Source of the DNA: an uncultured Gammaproteobacteria bacterium
Lineage (GTDB): Bacteria; Pseudomonadota; Gammaproteobacteria; GCF-002020875
Direction of reading: 5' to 3'
NCBI GenBank assembly: GCA_963981015.1
Contig: CAXCCG010000003.1
Coordinates: 578-64,577, forward strand
DNA length: 64,000 nucleotides
The notes below the pieces were generated by a model that had not been told where the DNA came from, did not search any database, and saw nothing but the letters and a program-made list of their open reading frames with translations. Positions 43,357-53,983 of this stretch are shown here, piece by piece (the stretch's first letter is position 1; each line of letters starts with the position of its first letter). A program made the position numbers and the translations under genes.

Positions 43357-43908
43357 TTACTGTCGTACCAGAGGGGCCTCAACCTGCTCTCGTCTCTCTT
43401 CACCCAGCAGAAGGGCAATCAACTCCAGCGCAAAATCCATCGCTGTACCCGGCCCCCGAGAGGTGACAACCTTTCCATCAGTCACCACACTCACCCCTTC
43501 AATCAACCGTGCCTGCGAAGGTTGCAACACCCCTGGATAGCAAGTGGCCTCTCGCCCCTCAAGCAGCCCCGCATCAGCCAGTACCTTGGGTGCTGCACAA
43601 ATTGCTGCGGTATAACGCCCTGCAGCAGCCATCTTTTTCAACAGTTGGTGAATGCGTGGGTCTGCATTGAGGTGGTCTGCTCCCGGTAAGCCACCCGGCA
43701 GTACCACCATCTCGTACTCTCTCTGCAGCGCCTCATCCAACGTCATATCGGCTAAGTGGACAGTCTTCCGGCTGGCACGAACGGGGCCCGGTTTTAATCC
43801 GGCCACCACCACCTCAATCTCGGCCCGTCGCAGCAGATCAATAATGGTGATCGCCTCCAGTTCTTCAAACCCTTCAGCCAGAGGCACCAACACCGAAGGT
43901 TGACTCAT
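43357..43908 (-). CDS. DJ-1/PfpI family protein (YajL-like)
   Basis: 183 aa, ...VLVPLAEGFEELEAITIIDLLRRA... with conserved nucleophile-elbow Cys (AICAAP). Confidence 0.8.
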   Translation of the reverse strand: MSQPSVLVPLAEGFEELEAITIIDLLRRAEIEVVVAGLKPGPVRASRKTVHLADMTLDEALQREYEMVVLPGGLPGADHLNADPRIHQLLKKMAAAGRYTAAICAAPKVLADAGLLEGREATCYPGVLQPSQARLIEGVSVVTDGKVVTSRGPGTAMDFALELIALLLGEERREQVEAPLVRQ

Positions 43909-43926
43909 GATCGCAAGCCCTGTTGA

Positions 43927-45312
43927 TTAACGTGAGACGTGAAGCAGGTGAAGACCTTTCAACATATTGAGTGCCTCATAGAGCATAAAGTCCTTCTCTG
44001 CCAAACTATTGATCTCTGACTCTTTGTCTTTAGTCTCTTGCTCATTAGCCTCTTTCTCTGTTGAACTTGTCTCTTTGCTATCTTCACTCTCCTCTTTTTC
44101 TTCAGCCTCTTTCTCCTCCGCATCACCACTCAGGTGACCGGTGAGATTACGCTCAGAGACACGGTGGTTGCCCTCTCCTTTCTCTCTCTTCTCCAGCTTC
44201 AGATTAGTCAGCTCAATATCAGGCTTCACACCCTCTGCCTGAATGGAGCGACCCGAAGGGGTAAAGTAGCGTGCCGTTGTCAGCTTCAGTGCCGCACCAT
44301 CACGCATCGGCATAATGGTCTGAACCGAGCCTTTACCAAAGGTCTGCGAACCCATAATCACCGCACGTTTATGGTCTTGCAGTGCGCCCGAAACAATCTC
44401 AGAAGCTGAGGCAGAGCCATTATTGACCAATACCACCAGTGGAGCACCGTTCAACAGGTCCTCACCACCCGCTTTAAATTTTTGTGATGAGTCGTCAACA
44501 CGACCATCGGTATAGACCACCAATCCATCTGTCAGAAAAGCATCCGACACATTAACAGCGGCACTCAATACACCTCCCGGATTATTACGCAGGTCCAGTA
44601 CCATCCCTTTCAGGTTCTCACCCTCATTCTCATCAATCAGGGTATCGATATTGGCCTCCAGATTCTCTCCGGTATGCATCTGGAACTGGCTGATACGCAC
44701 ATAGCCAAAACCATCCTCCAACATCCGACTCTTTACACTGCGAATACGAATCACGTCACGGATAATCGTTACCGTTAACGCCTGGTCCTCTCCCTTGCGT
44801 ACCACCGTTAACTTAATTTTGGTCCCTACCTTGCCGCGCATCATCTTCACCGCATCATTGAGTGTCATCCCCTGTACCGCAGTACCATCAATACGGATAA
44901 TCAGGTCACCTGCCTGCATTCCTGCACGCGATGCCGGAGTATCATCAATCGGGGAGATCACCTTCACAAAACCATCTTCCATTCCCACTTCAATACCGAG
45001 TCCACCAAACTCCCCCTTGGTGCTCACTTGCAGCTCGTTATGTGCCTCCGGTAACAGATAGGCTGAATGAGGGTCGAGGCTACTCACCATCCCCTGAATG
45101 GCGCTATTGAGCAGATCCTTGCCTTCAACATCTTCTACATACTTCTTTTTGATCTCACTATAGACCTGACTGAATGCTCTCAGCTCATCCAGAGGCAGAG
45201 GAATTGCCTGCCCCTCCTCCTGTTTAGCAAAAACAGTGCGTTCCACAGCCAGAGAGAGACCGAGCAGCAGCCCGATCAATAGAATCATTACATCACGCAT
45301 TTTGGTTTTCAT
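43927..45312 (-). CDS. ctpA: carboxy-terminal processing (S41) peptidase
   Basis: signal peptide, PDZ, S41 catalytic region (GSASASEIV...), Glu/Lys-rich C-terminus. Confidence 0.85.
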   Translation of the reverse strand: MKTKMRDVMILLIGLLLGLSLAVERTVFAKQEEGQAIPLPLDELRAFSQVYSEIKKKYVEDVEGKDLLNSAIQGMVSSLDPHSAYLLPEAHNELQVSTKGEFGGLGIEVGMEDGFVKVISPIDDTPASRAGMQAGDLIIRIDGTAVQGMTLNDAVKMMRGKVGTKIKLTVVRKGEDQALTVTIIRDVIRIRSVKSRMLEDGFGYVRISQFQMHTGENLEANIDTLIDENEGENLKGMVLDLRNNPGGVLSAAVNVSDAFLTDGLVVYTDGRVDDSSQKFKAGGEDLLNGAPLVVLVNNGSASASEIVSGALQDHKRAVIMGSQTFGKGSVQTIMPMRDGAALKLTTARYFTPSGRSIQAEGVKPDIELTNLKLEKREKGEGNHRVSERNLTGHLSGDAEEKEAEEKEESEDSKETSSTEKEANEQETKDKESEINSLAEKDFMLYEALNMLKGLHLLHVSR

Positions 45313-45342
45313 CTGAATCCCTACACCTAATCGTTTTAGAAC

Positions 45343-46548
45343 TTATAAGACACCTGAGCGGTGTGTTGCACTACACTCTTGCGATTCTACAGGAAAAATT
45401 GCACCCAGTATGACCGATTGATTGGCCCCGGTGACCGAAGGAATATTTCCATGCAGTCTGTGCAAAGTTTGGCGTGCCAACCAGGCAAAGGCCATCGCCT
45501 CAACCCAATCCGGGTCTGCTCCAATCGCTTCGGTGGTATTTACATTCCAGCCAGGAAGATAGTGGTTAACTCTCTGTAATAAAAAGCCATTATGAGCACC
45601 ACCCCCACAGACCCAACACGCTTTGGTAGTACCACTATAGTGCCTTAAGGCATCCGCAATGGTAACTGCGGTTAACTCAGTCAATGTAGCCGCGACATCA
45701 TACGGAGAGAGCCTCTGCTGATGCTCACCTCGTGAGAAGGAGAGTGCTTCCAGCATCTCACTGACCCAAGCTGCATTAAAACGTTCACGCCCGGTACTCT
45801 TGGGAGGGGGTTGTGAGAAAAAAGGGTCCGATAACATCTGCTCTAATAGTGGCTGATAAACCACTCCCCGGCTGGCTAACTTACCGCCCCGGTCCATCGG
45901 TTCACCCCATTGTGCCAAAGCCCAACCATCGATCAGCACATTACCGGGACCGGTATCAAAGCCGATTACAGCCTCTTCTCCGCTCTCTGGAAGTAGCGTC
46001 ACATTCGCCATTCCACCCACGTTGAGTACCACTCCGCCCCGGTCATGCAATAACCAGTGATGGTAAGCCGGAACCAGCGGTGCCCCCTGCCCCCCAACAG
46101 CGAGATCTCTTCGACGAAAATCAGCCACCGTGGTAATGCCACTGCGCTGAGCAATCACGTTGGGGTCTCCAATCTGCAGGGTAAACGGGGTCACTGCTTC
46201 AGGCTCATGTCGCACAGTCTGCCCATGGCTGCCAATGGCCACAATTTCACAAGCCTCAAGACCCGCCTGCTCAACCACCTGACAGGCTGCTTCAGCAAAC
46301 AGCTCCGCCAACTCAACATCCAGTTGACCCAAACGCTCAATCTCATTCTCACCCTGCTGACAGAGAGCCAAAATACGCTGTTTAACCGGCTCAGTGATCG
46401 GCAGTGCCACTGCCGCACAACATCGGGGGGGGAAGGAGGCAAAATCGACTACAACGGCATCTATTCCGTCCAAACTGGTTCCAGACATTAAGCCCACCCA
46501 ATATTCAGCCACCGACTGTGCCTCTGTTGATGATACATTGGATGCCAT
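45343..46548 (-). CDS. anmK: anhydro-N-acetylmuramic acid kinase
   Basis: GLMSGTSLDGIDAVVVDF and GGGAHNGFLL motifs. Confidence 0.85.
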   Translation of the reverse strand: MASNVSSTEAQSVAEYWVGLMSGTSLDGIDAVVVDFASFPPRCCAAVALPITEPVKQRILALCQQGENEIERLGQLDVELAELFAEAACQVVEQAGLEACEIVAIGSHGQTVRHEPEAVTPFTLQIGDPNVIAQRSGITTVADFRRRDLAVGGQGAPLVPAYHHWLLHDRGGVVLNVGGMANVTLLPESGEEAVIGFDTGPGNVLIDGWALAQWGEPMDRGGKLASRGVVYQPLLEQMLSDPFFSQPPPKSTGRERFNAAWVSEMLEALSFSRGEHQQRLSPYDVAATLTELTAVTIADALRHYSGTTKACWVCGGGAHNGFLLQRVNHYLPGWNVNTTEAIGADPDWVEAMAFAWLARQTLHRLHGNIPSVTGANQSVILGAIFPVESQECSATHRSGVL

Positions 46549-49500
46549 TCAAAAATGGTTCTCATCACTCAGTCTGTAAGGCAGTTTAATGACCATCTCC
46601 ATCCCCTGGTGCAAACCCTCACTGTTCGCTGTCAAACTTCCACCAATACTGTTCACAAAATTTGCTGCCGAATGCAGACCATAACCACTGCCTTGTAACT
46701 TGGTTGTGTAGCGTGGCTTGAACAGACGCTCCATCGCCTCAGGGGCATGACCACAGCCATTATCACCAATCAACATCATTAAAAACCCACTTTCATCCGA
46801 TGGCTCCATCGAGAGGGTAATCTCCCCCTTTAGCTCTGCGTTGCTATGAAGCTCCTCGCTAATTGCTTCAACGCTGTTCTTCAACAGGTTCAGCAGCTGC
46901 TGCATCAGAGGATTTCGAGGAAGAAACAGCTCCTGTTGTGCCGGAGGCAACCTCATTGTTATCTGGAATCGAATCGTTCCGATACGATCTCCCAGCAAGT
47001 GCAAGGTATCATCCACCATCAACTGCAGATTAAATTCACTGGCATGCTGGGTAACACTGGTTTTACTCTTCTGTATGGTAATGATTTCGCGAATATGGTG
47101 AATTGTTGACTCCAGTTTTGCCAATGCACCCTGTCCACCTCGCTCGACCTCTCCCGCAACCTTCCCTAACATCTGTGCTGACTGGGTCAACAACAGAGTT
47201 GTGTCTGCCAGTTTCTCTTGAAGCTGGGGTGCCGCAGTCTCTTCTGCTTTTATCGTACTCAGCTGTTGTGCAAAATCGCTTTGTGCCTGTTGAAGCTGGG
47301 TGACTAACTTACCCACATTAGCCAGCTGGGAGAGGTTACCGTTCATCCCGGTGACTGCATTGCCGATATTGTGAATGACCGAAGCGCCTAAATCTGCGAT
47401 CCCTGCCTGAAAGGCTACATACTGCTCTTTCTGTTCGGCTCGAATACGCTCTCGCAGGTCATTCACCACCAGCACCGCACCCACCGCTTCACCCCCAATA
47501 CTATTCAATGCAGTGCTACTGACCTGTACCGGTATTTTTTTCCCACTCTGATGGTTCAAGGTACACTGCCGGGTGACCACCTGTCCTTCCAGCAGTTGTC
47601 CAAAGTGACTCTGCTCAAACAGTAGCTGCTGGCGCCGATTCGTATGCTCATTCAGTAACAGTATTATCCACTGCTCCTGTTGCAGCTTGATTGGAACCAA
47701 GCCTACTTCAACTTGCTTAACCTGCTTCTCCCGAGTATAGAGTGAGAACGTACGCTCACTCCCCATCTTAAGTAATTTCGGATCTCTATAGTAGGCTCTA
47801 ACCATCTCAGCATGACTCTGTCGAAAGTCCGGTGGGATCAGCTGTTCAAATGACTCCCCGACCAACTGCTCGGCACTCCAATCCGACAACCACTCCATCT
47901 GACTATTCATTGCCACAACACGGCCATGAGGGTCAACCACCATCGAAGCAATTTGTGTCTCCTCACACAACGCCTCCAGCGCACTCTGATCCTGAATCAA
48001 ATTGTGGAGCTGATCAACCACACTCAACAAGCTATCCAACGCTCCTAAATCATTGGCACCTTCCAGAAACTCTTTCCAGTCCCTGCCAACCATTTGCTCA
48101 CTGCTAAAGCCGGATAACCCCAACCACTTGGGGTTTACCCGCTCAATCTTACCTGCCAGGTCAGTTACAATGAGTCCCTGATCCATAGAACCCAAAATCT
48201 GATCCATCTCACTGTATTGCGCAGAAAGCTTCTCGGCATTCTCCTTGAGCATCAGGATTGAACCATTGATCCCCTGTTTCAATTGGTCCAGATCTCCTTG
48301 GAAGGCCTCTTCAATCGTGCAGCTATAGTCACCTACAGCAACACCATGGCTGACCCGAATAGCGCCCTGGATGGCTTGCTGTTGTAGCTGAAACAGCTCG
48401 TTCAACGCGGTTCCCATCCGTCCGATCTCATCCTTACTCTCTATCTCAATACGGATGGACAGATCTCCACTCTCACGGATACGGTCAATAGTTACAACAC
48501 TCTGTTGAATTCTGCGATGTAAATGGTGCCCCAAATAGAGTGCAACCAGTGCTGACATAAGAATAATCAACAGCTTTGTAGAAAAATCGAAAAGATAACT
48601 CCAGCGGGCGTTGCGCGACTCTATCTCTACCTGATCTCTCAAACTGCTTTGAATAATCTCTGTCGCCTGCTTGAGCCGTTCAATACGAAGCGTTGCACTC
48701 TGAAACCAGCCATTTGAATCAACACCGGAGTGGAGAATCTGCTGGTCCAGCACCTCCAAAGCCTCCAGAGCAGATGAGTCATCTACCTGTACCATCTGAT
48801 CAATCTCAGCTGACGAAACACCTGATTTCAGCATCGAAACAACCTTCTCCACTTTTTTCTGATAGTCATCCAATGTCTCTTCAACTTTAGAGAGTGCCTC
48901 CAGCTCAACCTCGGTGACACCTTCCAGTTTCCAGTAGGAGTCGATGATGCTTTGTGCCTGCTGGTGTAGTTGAGCGATCTCTGCTTCCAACAAGGTATCA
49001 CTACGGAGCACCCTGTTTTTGAACAGATGGATCATCCCTCCATAGCCTATTAATGCACGTAACCGACTCATCACCTCCAGCTTCTCCATGCGCACCAGAA
49101 AGAGCTCCCGGTAATGCGAAACCTCGTCAATAACGGCCCCCTCCATCAACTGGTTCAGAGTATTGCGCTGTTTCTGTGTCGCATTACGCATGAAGCTTCG
49201 AAGGTGGTTCTCCTGGTCCTGAATCAGAAAGTTGGCCTCTGCCGTCAAACGGGGAGCCAGCTCACCCATGGAAAATATTCGAGTCAATACTGCCCGCTCT
49301 TGTCCCGCCCGCTCTTTAATCCACAAGAGTGCTGAAACCACACGAAGCTGTCGCTCCATATCCCCATCACGCACCTTTTGAATCACCTCTTGAACCAGAT
49401 GAAGTCCATTACTGTTGATAAATGAGTAGTAATCATAGACCTCCATTGCTTGACGTGTCCCTGAATCGGCTTGATCCAATTGCTGGCGAACCGTGCTTAA

Positions 49501-49896
49501 ACGGGAGAGCGCAAGATCAAAGTCTGACAAAATTTGTTGGACAGTTGGGTCCTTGATTGACAGCTCCAACTGCTTTTGGATCGAGTGAAAACGATCTCTC
49601 TGTAGATCAATTTTTTCACGATAATTCAACAGTACACGATTTATTTCTACCCGCTCACCACTCAACATTGCGATACTGAGCCCACGCTCAATCGCCAACG
49701 AGTAGATCAAATCACCCAACTCTGTGATCCAGTTGACCACCTCGATAGAGATCACCACCTCTTCCAGGTCACGGCTCTCACGCTGTAGATTATCCACCAG
49801 TACAGCACCCAGTGAGACCAAGGGGATAAAGAGCATCAAACCAACCTTCACCGAGATCGTGAGATTATTGATGATGTTCAGGAGTTTTCTTATCAT
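46549..49896 (-). CDS. large membrane sensor histidine kinase (N-terminal NIT-like periplasmic sensor, HAMP, multiple PAS, HisKA/HATPase; no receiver)
   Basis: 1115 aa; HAMP after TM2, PAS blocks, C-terminal ...GDNGCGHAPEAMERLFKP...GSGYGLHS HATPase motifs. Confidence 0.75.
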   Translation of the reverse strand: MIRKLLNIINNLTISVKVGLMLFIPLVSLGAVLVDNLQRESRDLEEVVISIEVVNWITELGDLIYSLAIERGLSIAMLSGERVEINRVLLNYREKIDLQRDRFHSIQKQLELSIKDPTVQQILSDFDLALSRLSTVRQQLDQADSGTRQAMEVYDYYSFINSNGLHLVQEVIQKVRDGDMERQLRVVSALLWIKERAGQERAVLTRIFSMGELAPRLTAEANFLIQDQENHLRSFMRNATQKQRNTLNQLMEGAVIDEVSHYRELFLVRMEKLEVMSRLRALIGYGGMIHLFKNRVLRSDTLLEAEIAQLHQQAQSIIDSYWKLEGVTEVELEALSKVEETLDDYQKKVEKVVSMLKSGVSSAEIDQMVQVDDSSALEALEVLDQQILHSGVDSNGWFQSATLRIERLKQATEIIQSSLRDQVEIESRNARWSYLFDFSTKLLIILMSALVALYLGHHLHRRIQQSVVTIDRIRESGDLSIRIEIESKDEIGRMGTALNELFQLQQQAIQGAIRVSHGVAVGDYSCTIEEAFQGDLDQLKQGINGSILMLKENAEKLSAQYSEMDQILGSMDQGLIVTDLAGKIERVNPKWLGLSGFSSEQMVGRDWKEFLEGANDLGALDSLLSVVDQLHNLIQDQSALEALCEETQIASMVVDPHGRVVAMNSQMEWLSDWSAEQLVGESFEQLIPPDFRQSHAEMVRAYYRDPKLLKMGSERTFSLYTREKQVKQVEVGLVPIKLQQEQWIILLLNEHTNRRQQLLFEQSHFGQLLEGQVVTRQCTLNHQSGKKIPVQVSSTALNSIGGEAVGAVLVVNDLRERIRAEQKEQYVAFQAGIADLGASVIHNIGNAVTGMNGNLSQLANVGKLVTQLQQAQSDFAQQLSTIKAEETAAPQLQEKLADTTLLLTQSAQMLGKVAGEVERGGQGALAKLESTIHHIREIITIQKSKTSVTQHASEFNLQLMVDDTLHLLGDRIGTIRFQITMRLPPAQQELFLPRNPLMQQLLNLLKNSVEAISEELHSNAELKGEITLSMEPSDESGFLMMLIGDNGCGHAPEAMERLFKPRYTTKLQGSGYGLHSAANFVNSIGGSLTANSEGLHQGMEMVIKLPYRLSDENHF

Positions 49897-52655
49897 GCCG
49901 GCAAAGTAAACATCAACCTGTGCCAGAGATCACTGACCTGCTTACGTTCTGTCACAAATTCCTCATCATTGACAACGGCCTTACGATTCTCCAGAAAGAG
50001 ATGATAGGCTCGGCGACGGTAACCCAAGTAGTGTTGTTTCAATAGAGTGGCTTCGCCAGCTTCTAACCGTTGCTCCAGTGCCAACTGCTCCAGCAGACGG
50101 ATATTGTCACTCCACTGCAGCAGGCCCGGGTATTGGTGCGCCCAACGTAATACCAGAAACTGCACTATAAATTCGATATCAACAATACCCCCCTCCATCT
50201 GTTTGAGATGAATCTCTCCTTCTCTGCAGTGGCCCAACGATTCGCGCATCTTTTCTCGCATCTCACACACATCACTGCGTAACTTCTCTGCATCACGTTG
50301 TTTGGAGAGTATCTCACGGCGCACCTGCTCAAACTGCTCCGTCGCCTCTCTGCCACCAAATACCACACGGGCACGTACCAGTGCCTGGTGCTCCCAGGTC
50401 CATGCCTCCTCCTGTTGATAGCTACGAAAACCCTGAAGGTCCGCAACCAACAGTCCTGAGTTTCCATTGGGGCGCAGACGAGAGTCAATTTCATAGAGTC
50501 GCCCACTGAGTGTCCGTGTACTCATCAGATGGATCATCCGCTGTCCAAGACGAATATAGAACTCCCTGCGACTCACCGGTGCCTGCTTGCGGCTGAATGG
50601 TGCATCCGGGTCACCATTATGGAGAAAGACAAGATCAAGATCTGAGCCATAACCCAACTCTAACCCTCCCATCTTGCCATAACCAATCACCACAAAACCG
50701 GGTTCACCCGTCTGTTCAGAACGTTTTCTTGGTTGCCCCAAACGGTGGGTAATCTCCTGCCAGGAGAGACGAAAAGTGTGATCCACCAATGCCTCTGCAA
50801 CCCAGGTGAGTGCATCACTCACTTTCATCACCGGCAGTTGGTCCAGCACATCGGCAGCAGCCACCTTTAACAAATTGCGGCGTTGAAACTGGCGCATCAA
50901 CTCCATCTGCTGTTCAAGATCATCCTCCTCTGCACGCTTTGCCACCAACTGCAACTCTGCCAGCAATGAATCCACACCACTCGGCATGGTAATGTTGCGG
51001 CTATCCATCAAATCTTCCAGCAGCATCGGCATCTGCGCCAACTGATCTGCAATCCACCCACTTCGCTGCAGCAGCGTCAACAGATGATCCAGTGCATGGC
51101 CATTCTCTGCCAACAAGGAGAAGTAGACAGAGCGACGACCAATCGCCTCAATCAGCCGTACCCCCCGTAACAGGCTCTGGTCCGGTTCCGCTTGCTGACT
51201 GGCTGACTCAATCAGCAGAGGCATCAGTCGATCCAATCGGACACGCCCCTCTCGGCTCATCGACTGAATCGAAGAAACCTCTAACAGCTGTTGAAGTGTC
51301 TCAAATACTCTCTGTTGATCTTCAAAACCCTCAACAACAACACTACATTCATCATCACTCAGCCCCTCCCAGAGCTGCTGTGCAACAGATGCACTCTCCG
51401 TCTCTTCATCGAGAGCAAAGAGCTGCTCAAACTGCAACTCCACCTGTCTGCGGTGCTCATCCAGCTGCGCCTTGAAGAGGTCCCATGCGCCATAGCCCAT
51501 CGACTCTGCAAGCAGTTGTCGTTGTTCATATTGGGCAGGAAGGCGCTGTGTCTGGCGATCCTCATACTCCTGAATCCGGTGCTCCGTATTGCGCAGAAAG
51601 AGATAGGCCTCTGTCAGCTTTTGATGCTGTTGCCCGGTCAACTCCCCACGCTGTTTCAGCAGTGGCAGTACACGCAACAGAGGGCGAATCTGTAACTCCG
51701 GTTCTGCACCACCACGCACCAACTGAAAAGCCTGACCGATAAATTCAATCTCACGAATACCGCCCGGCCCCAGTTTGACATCATCAGACATCCCCTTCTT
51801 GCGCACCTGCCGTGCAATCATCTGCTTCATCTCACGCAGTGACTCAAAGGCGCTATAGTCAAAGTAGCGACGATAGATAAAGGGACGCAAAATCGAAAGC
51901 AACTGCTCTCCGGCAGCACTATCACCAGCAACCACCCGCCCCTTGATCCAGGCGTAACGCTCCCAGCTACGCCCATGAATCTGATAGTAGTCCTCCATTG
52001 CATCAAATGAGGATGCCAGCGCACCACTCTCACCAAAGGGGCGCAGTCGCATATCTACACGAAACACAAAACCATCTGCACGGTTGGCACCAATGGCACG
52101 AATCAAGCGCCGTCCCAGATTGGTGAAAAATTCATAATTACTGATCCAGGGCTTCACCCCTCGGGTCTCCCCCTCTTCAGGGTAAGCGAAGATCAGATCA
52201 ATATCAGAAGAGAAGTTGAGCTCTCGCGCCCCCAACTTACCCATCGCAACCACCACCATCTGCTGCGGTTTTCTACTCTGTTCCCCTTTGGGGGTTCCCT
52301 CTTCCCGACACTGCCATCGATAGAGTAGATCCAGCGTTTCAGAGAGTGTTACGTCAGCCAGCGCTGAGAGTTCTGCAACCGTCGTATGGTAATCACCCCA
52401 TCCTGCAAGGTCTCGTAGCGCAATACGCACCATCTCTTGCCGTCTGAAACTGCGCAAAATTGTGGCCAATTCTGAATCACTGTTGACCCCTTTCAAGCGG
52501 CTGCTCAGGATCTGACGGTAGCTGGCCTCAGTGGTAACTTGCTGTAATCGCTCCTCCTCGATCAGACGATCCAGGAGCGACGCATCCTGCTGGCAACTCT
52601 GCTCGATAAAGGGGCTGAACCTGAAGAGTGCCTCAATTTCAGCACGTTTTAGCAT
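49893..52655 (-). CDS. glnE: bifunctional glutamine synthetase adenylyltransferase/adenylyl-removing enzyme
   Basis: 920 aa, two nucleotidyltransferase domains (GKLGARELNFSSDIDL; GYGKMGGLELGYGSDLDL). Confidence 0.9.
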   Translation of the reverse strand: MLKRAEIEALFRFSPFIEQSCQQDASLLDRLIEEERLQQVTTEASYRQILSSRLKGVNSDSELATILRSFRRQEMVRIALRDLAGWGDYHTTVAELSALADVTLSETLDLLYRWQCREEGTPKGEQSRKPQQMVVVAMGKLGARELNFSSDIDLIFAYPEEGETRGVKPWISNYEFFTNLGRRLIRAIGANRADGFVFRVDMRLRPFGESGALASSFDAMEDYYQIHGRSWERYAWIKGRVVAGDSAAGEQLLSILRPFIYRRYFDYSAFESLREMKQMIARQVRKKGMSDDVKLGPGGIREIEFIGQAFQLVRGGAEPELQIRPLLRVLPLLKQRGELTGQQHQKLTEAYLFLRNTEHRIQEYEDRQTQRLPAQYEQRQLLAESMGYGAWDLFKAQLDEHRRQVELQFEQLFALDEETESASVAQQLWEGLSDDECSVVVEGFEDQQRVFETLQQLLEVSSIQSMSREGRVRLDRLMPLLIESASQQAEPDQSLLRGVRLIEAIGRRSVYFSLLAENGHALDHLLTLLQRSGWIADQLAQMPMLLEDLMDSRNITMPSGVDSLLAELQLVAKRAEEDDLEQQMELMRQFQRRNLLKVAAADVLDQLPVMKVSDALTWVAEALVDHTFRLSWQEITHRLGQPRKRSEQTGEPGFVVIGYGKMGGLELGYGSDLDLVFLHNGDPDAPFSRKQAPVSRREFYIRLGQRMIHLMSTRTLSGRLYEIDSRLRPNGNSGLLVADLQGFRSYQQEEAWTWEHQALVRARVVFGGREATEQFEQVRREILSKQRDAEKLRSDVCEMREKMRESLGHCREGEIHLKQMEGGIVDIEFIVQFLVLRWAHQYPGLLQWSDNIRLLEQLALEQRLEAGEATLLKQHYLGYRRRAYHLFLENRKAVVNDEEFVTERKQVSDLWHRLMFTLPA

Positions 52656-53783
52656 CTACTTTGCCCAGGCTAGCTGCTGATTCTGCCGAGTTAAAAGCGC
52701 CCTGCGCAGTGCAATCGTAGACTGATAGAAGTGTTTGCGCTCATCGGTTGTCACCTTGCGCTTCTGCGGCAGAGCCACCTTCATCGCATCTCGGTACTCA
52801 CCATCTTCACGAAACTCATAGTGGAGATGTGGGCCGGTTGAGAGTCCGGTACTCCCTACATAACCGATCACCTGACCCTGTTGGACAGGGGTTCCCGGTT
52901 TCAAACCACGCGCAAAGCGAGACAGATGTGCGTAAACCGTGGTGTATTTTCCACCCTGGTGTGCCAGAAAGATCACATTGCCATAACCACTCTGCTGTTC
53001 TCGTATCTCTACCACACCATCCGCCGTTGCCATTACCCGCGTACCCGTCTTGGCCTTAAAGTCTGTGCCCCGATGAGGTCGATAGGTCTTTAACACCGGA
53101 TGGTAACGACTCAAGGTAAAGTGTGAACTCACCTTGGCATTTTTCAATGGAGTCCTCGAAAAGTCAGTTCCCACCGGCTCCCCCCTGCCACTATAAAAGC
53201 GGGTAACTCCTCGGCGATCCGTATGGCGAATGAGCTTTACCGGAGAGCCACGACGCTCCAGCTCGGCGGCCAGTACCGTGCCACGCTCCAGTGTCCCATC
53301 CTTTCCAGGCTGAATAATCGCAGTAAAACGGTCTCCTCTGCGTAGATCTCTACGAAAATTAACCTGTTCTGCAAACAGTGACTCCAGACGCTGCACTTGA
53401 CCCGAAGGGATACCTGCAGAGCGCGCTGACTGAGAAAAGGTTCTGTTGATTTTACCCGTTTTAACAACCCAGTTACGACCACCCGCCCTCTTGGAGGATT
53501 GAGTTTTAGTAAGTTTCGTGCCGCTCTTGACCACCTGAGCTGTAGAAGCCCTGTTGATGGTCTGTGCTGTGGGAGCCACGGCAACGGCTAACTGTTTTTT
53601 GTTACGCTGAGGGGGCTGGCTTACCGTCTGCTTGATCTTGCGCTCTTGTTTGAGCAGAAAACCATTGAACTTAGAGACGTTGTGAAGCCCACAGCCACTC
53701 ACCAGCGCGCCCATAACCGTTATTAAGGCTACAGTCCTCAGTTTACCCCGCAATTGTAGTCGAGTATTTTTTCCCGCCGACAA
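52656..53783 (-). CDS. M23-family murein endopeptidase lipoprotein (MepM/YebA-like)
   Basis: lipobox LVSGC, C-terminal M23 motifs HxGxD / ...GSTGLSTGPHLHYE. Confidence 0.75.
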   Translation of the reverse strand: MSAGKNTRLQLRGKLRTVALITVMGALVSGCGLHNVSKFNGFLLKQERKIKQTVSQPPQRNKKQLAVAVAPTAQTINRASTAQVVKSGTKLTKTQSSKRAGGRNWVVKTGKINRTFSQSARSAGIPSGQVQRLESLFAEQVNFRRDLRRGDRFTAIIQPGKDGTLERGTVLAAELERRGSPVKLIRHTDRRGVTRFYSGRGEPVGTDFSRTPLKNAKVSSHFTLSRYHPVLKTYRPHRGTDFKAKTGTRVMATADGVVEIREQQSGYGNVIFLAHQGGKYTTVYAHLSRFARGLKPGTPVQQGQVIGYVGSTGLSTGPHLHYEFREDGEYRDAMKVALPQKRKVTTDERKHFYQSTIALRRALLTRQNQQLAWAK

Positions 53784-53983
53784 GAGTGCTCTCCGTCAAT
53801 CTGCTTCAAATTACCGCTTCAAATCATATATGGGTAGCTCTGAACAGGCCATGCACAATTGCCTCACGCCCATAGCGCCCATAGAATCTGCATAGTGTAC
53901 CATGTAACCGATTGAACGCTATACAACAGATCTGTAATTCGCTCGCAGAACGGCTACAGACACGGCTCCACCGTTGAGGGTGG

